Positions 63,266 through 64,000 of a stretch of 64,000 nucleotides of DNA are shown one piece after another. Numbering within the stretch: the first letter of the stretch is position 1; each line of letters begins with the position of its first letter. This DNA is from Felis catus (Eukaryota): NCBI RefSeq assembly GCF_018350175.1, contig NC_058370.1, positions 83,266,001 through 83,330,000 on the forward strand, read 5' to 3'. The notes beneath the pieces were generated by a model. It ran no database searches, was not told the DNA's origin, and worked only from the letters and a program-made list of their open reading frames with translations. The position numbers were made by a program, and so were the translations under genes.

Positions 63266-63845
63266 NNNNNNNNNNNNNNNNNNNNNNNNNNNNNNNNNNN
63301 NNNNNNNNNNNNNNNNNNNNNNNNNNNNNNNNNNNNNNNNNNNNNNNNNNNNNNNNNNNNNNNNNNNNNNNNNNNNNNNNNNNNNNNNNNNNNNNNNNNN
63401 NNNNNNNNNNNNNNNNNNNNNNNNNNNNNNNNNNNNNNNNNNNNNNNNNNNNNNNNNNNNNNNNNNNNNNNNNNNNNNNNNNNNNNNNNNNNNNNNNNNN
63501 NNNNNNNNNNNNNNNNNNNNNNNNCAACTGTCCATCAGACCCATTTTTCATCCTTCATCCCNNNNNNNNNNNNNNNNNNNNNNNNNNNNNNNNNNNNNNN
63601 NNNNNNNNNNNNNNNNNNNNNNNNNNNNNNNNNNNNNNNNNNNNNNNNNNNNNNNNNNNNNNNNNNNNNNNNNNNNNNNNNNNNNNNNNNNNNNNNNNNN
63701 NNNNNNNNNNNNNNNNNNNNNNNNNNNNNNNNNNNNNNNNNNNNNNNNNNNNNNNNNNNNNNNNNNNNNNNNNNNNNNNNNNNNNNNNNNNNNNNNNNNN
63801 NNNNNNNNNNNNNNNNNNNNNNNNNNNNNNNNNNNNNNNNNNNNN
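63266..63845. other. Two adjacent N-runs (63266-63524 and 63562-63845) in unique sequence
   Basis: Direct observation; the largest hidden block in the window. Confidence 0.99.
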
Positions 63846-64000
63846 AGTTCTAAGGGAAGAATTTAAAGGTATCAGGGAGGAAAAGTGAGAAAAAAAGAGA
63901 AAAGATAATGAAAGGAGGCTATTCTTCATTACCTCTTGTACCCAGGTCATTCCAGTATCTTGGGAAAGAGGAAGGAGGATAAAAAAACTGTTGTTTTGTT

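Overview
Mammalian non-coding DNA, almost certainly from a felid: it carries young cat-type Can-SINEs and cat-type L1 3' ends. It looks like an intron of a large gene, probably transcribed on the + strand, since most SINE and L1 insertions are antisense and T-runs outnumber A-runs. No intact CDS can be supported; the only protein-like ORFs are disabled L1 ORF2 fragments. The window is dominated by interspersed repeats: about 19 Can-SINEs, a nested L1 complex at ~23.1-34.7 kb, a 2-kb L1 at 55.4-57.4 kb, and L2, MIR, MaLR LTR and hAT/Tc-mariner MITE fossils. There are eleven N-runs. One inside L1 ORF2 preserves frame and length, so they behave like in-place masks, and the seven in unique DNA may hide the most conserved sequence (exons or enhancers). 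The best observations are a tailless 28-nt U6 retrocopy primed by target microhomology, a ~170-bp piece of local unique DNA copied 8.4 kb into an ancient L1, and several templated fold-back repair scars. I found no evidence for a new biological system in the visible sequence. Repeat subfamily names come from recalled consensus features, not a database search, and boundaries of old repeats are approximate.
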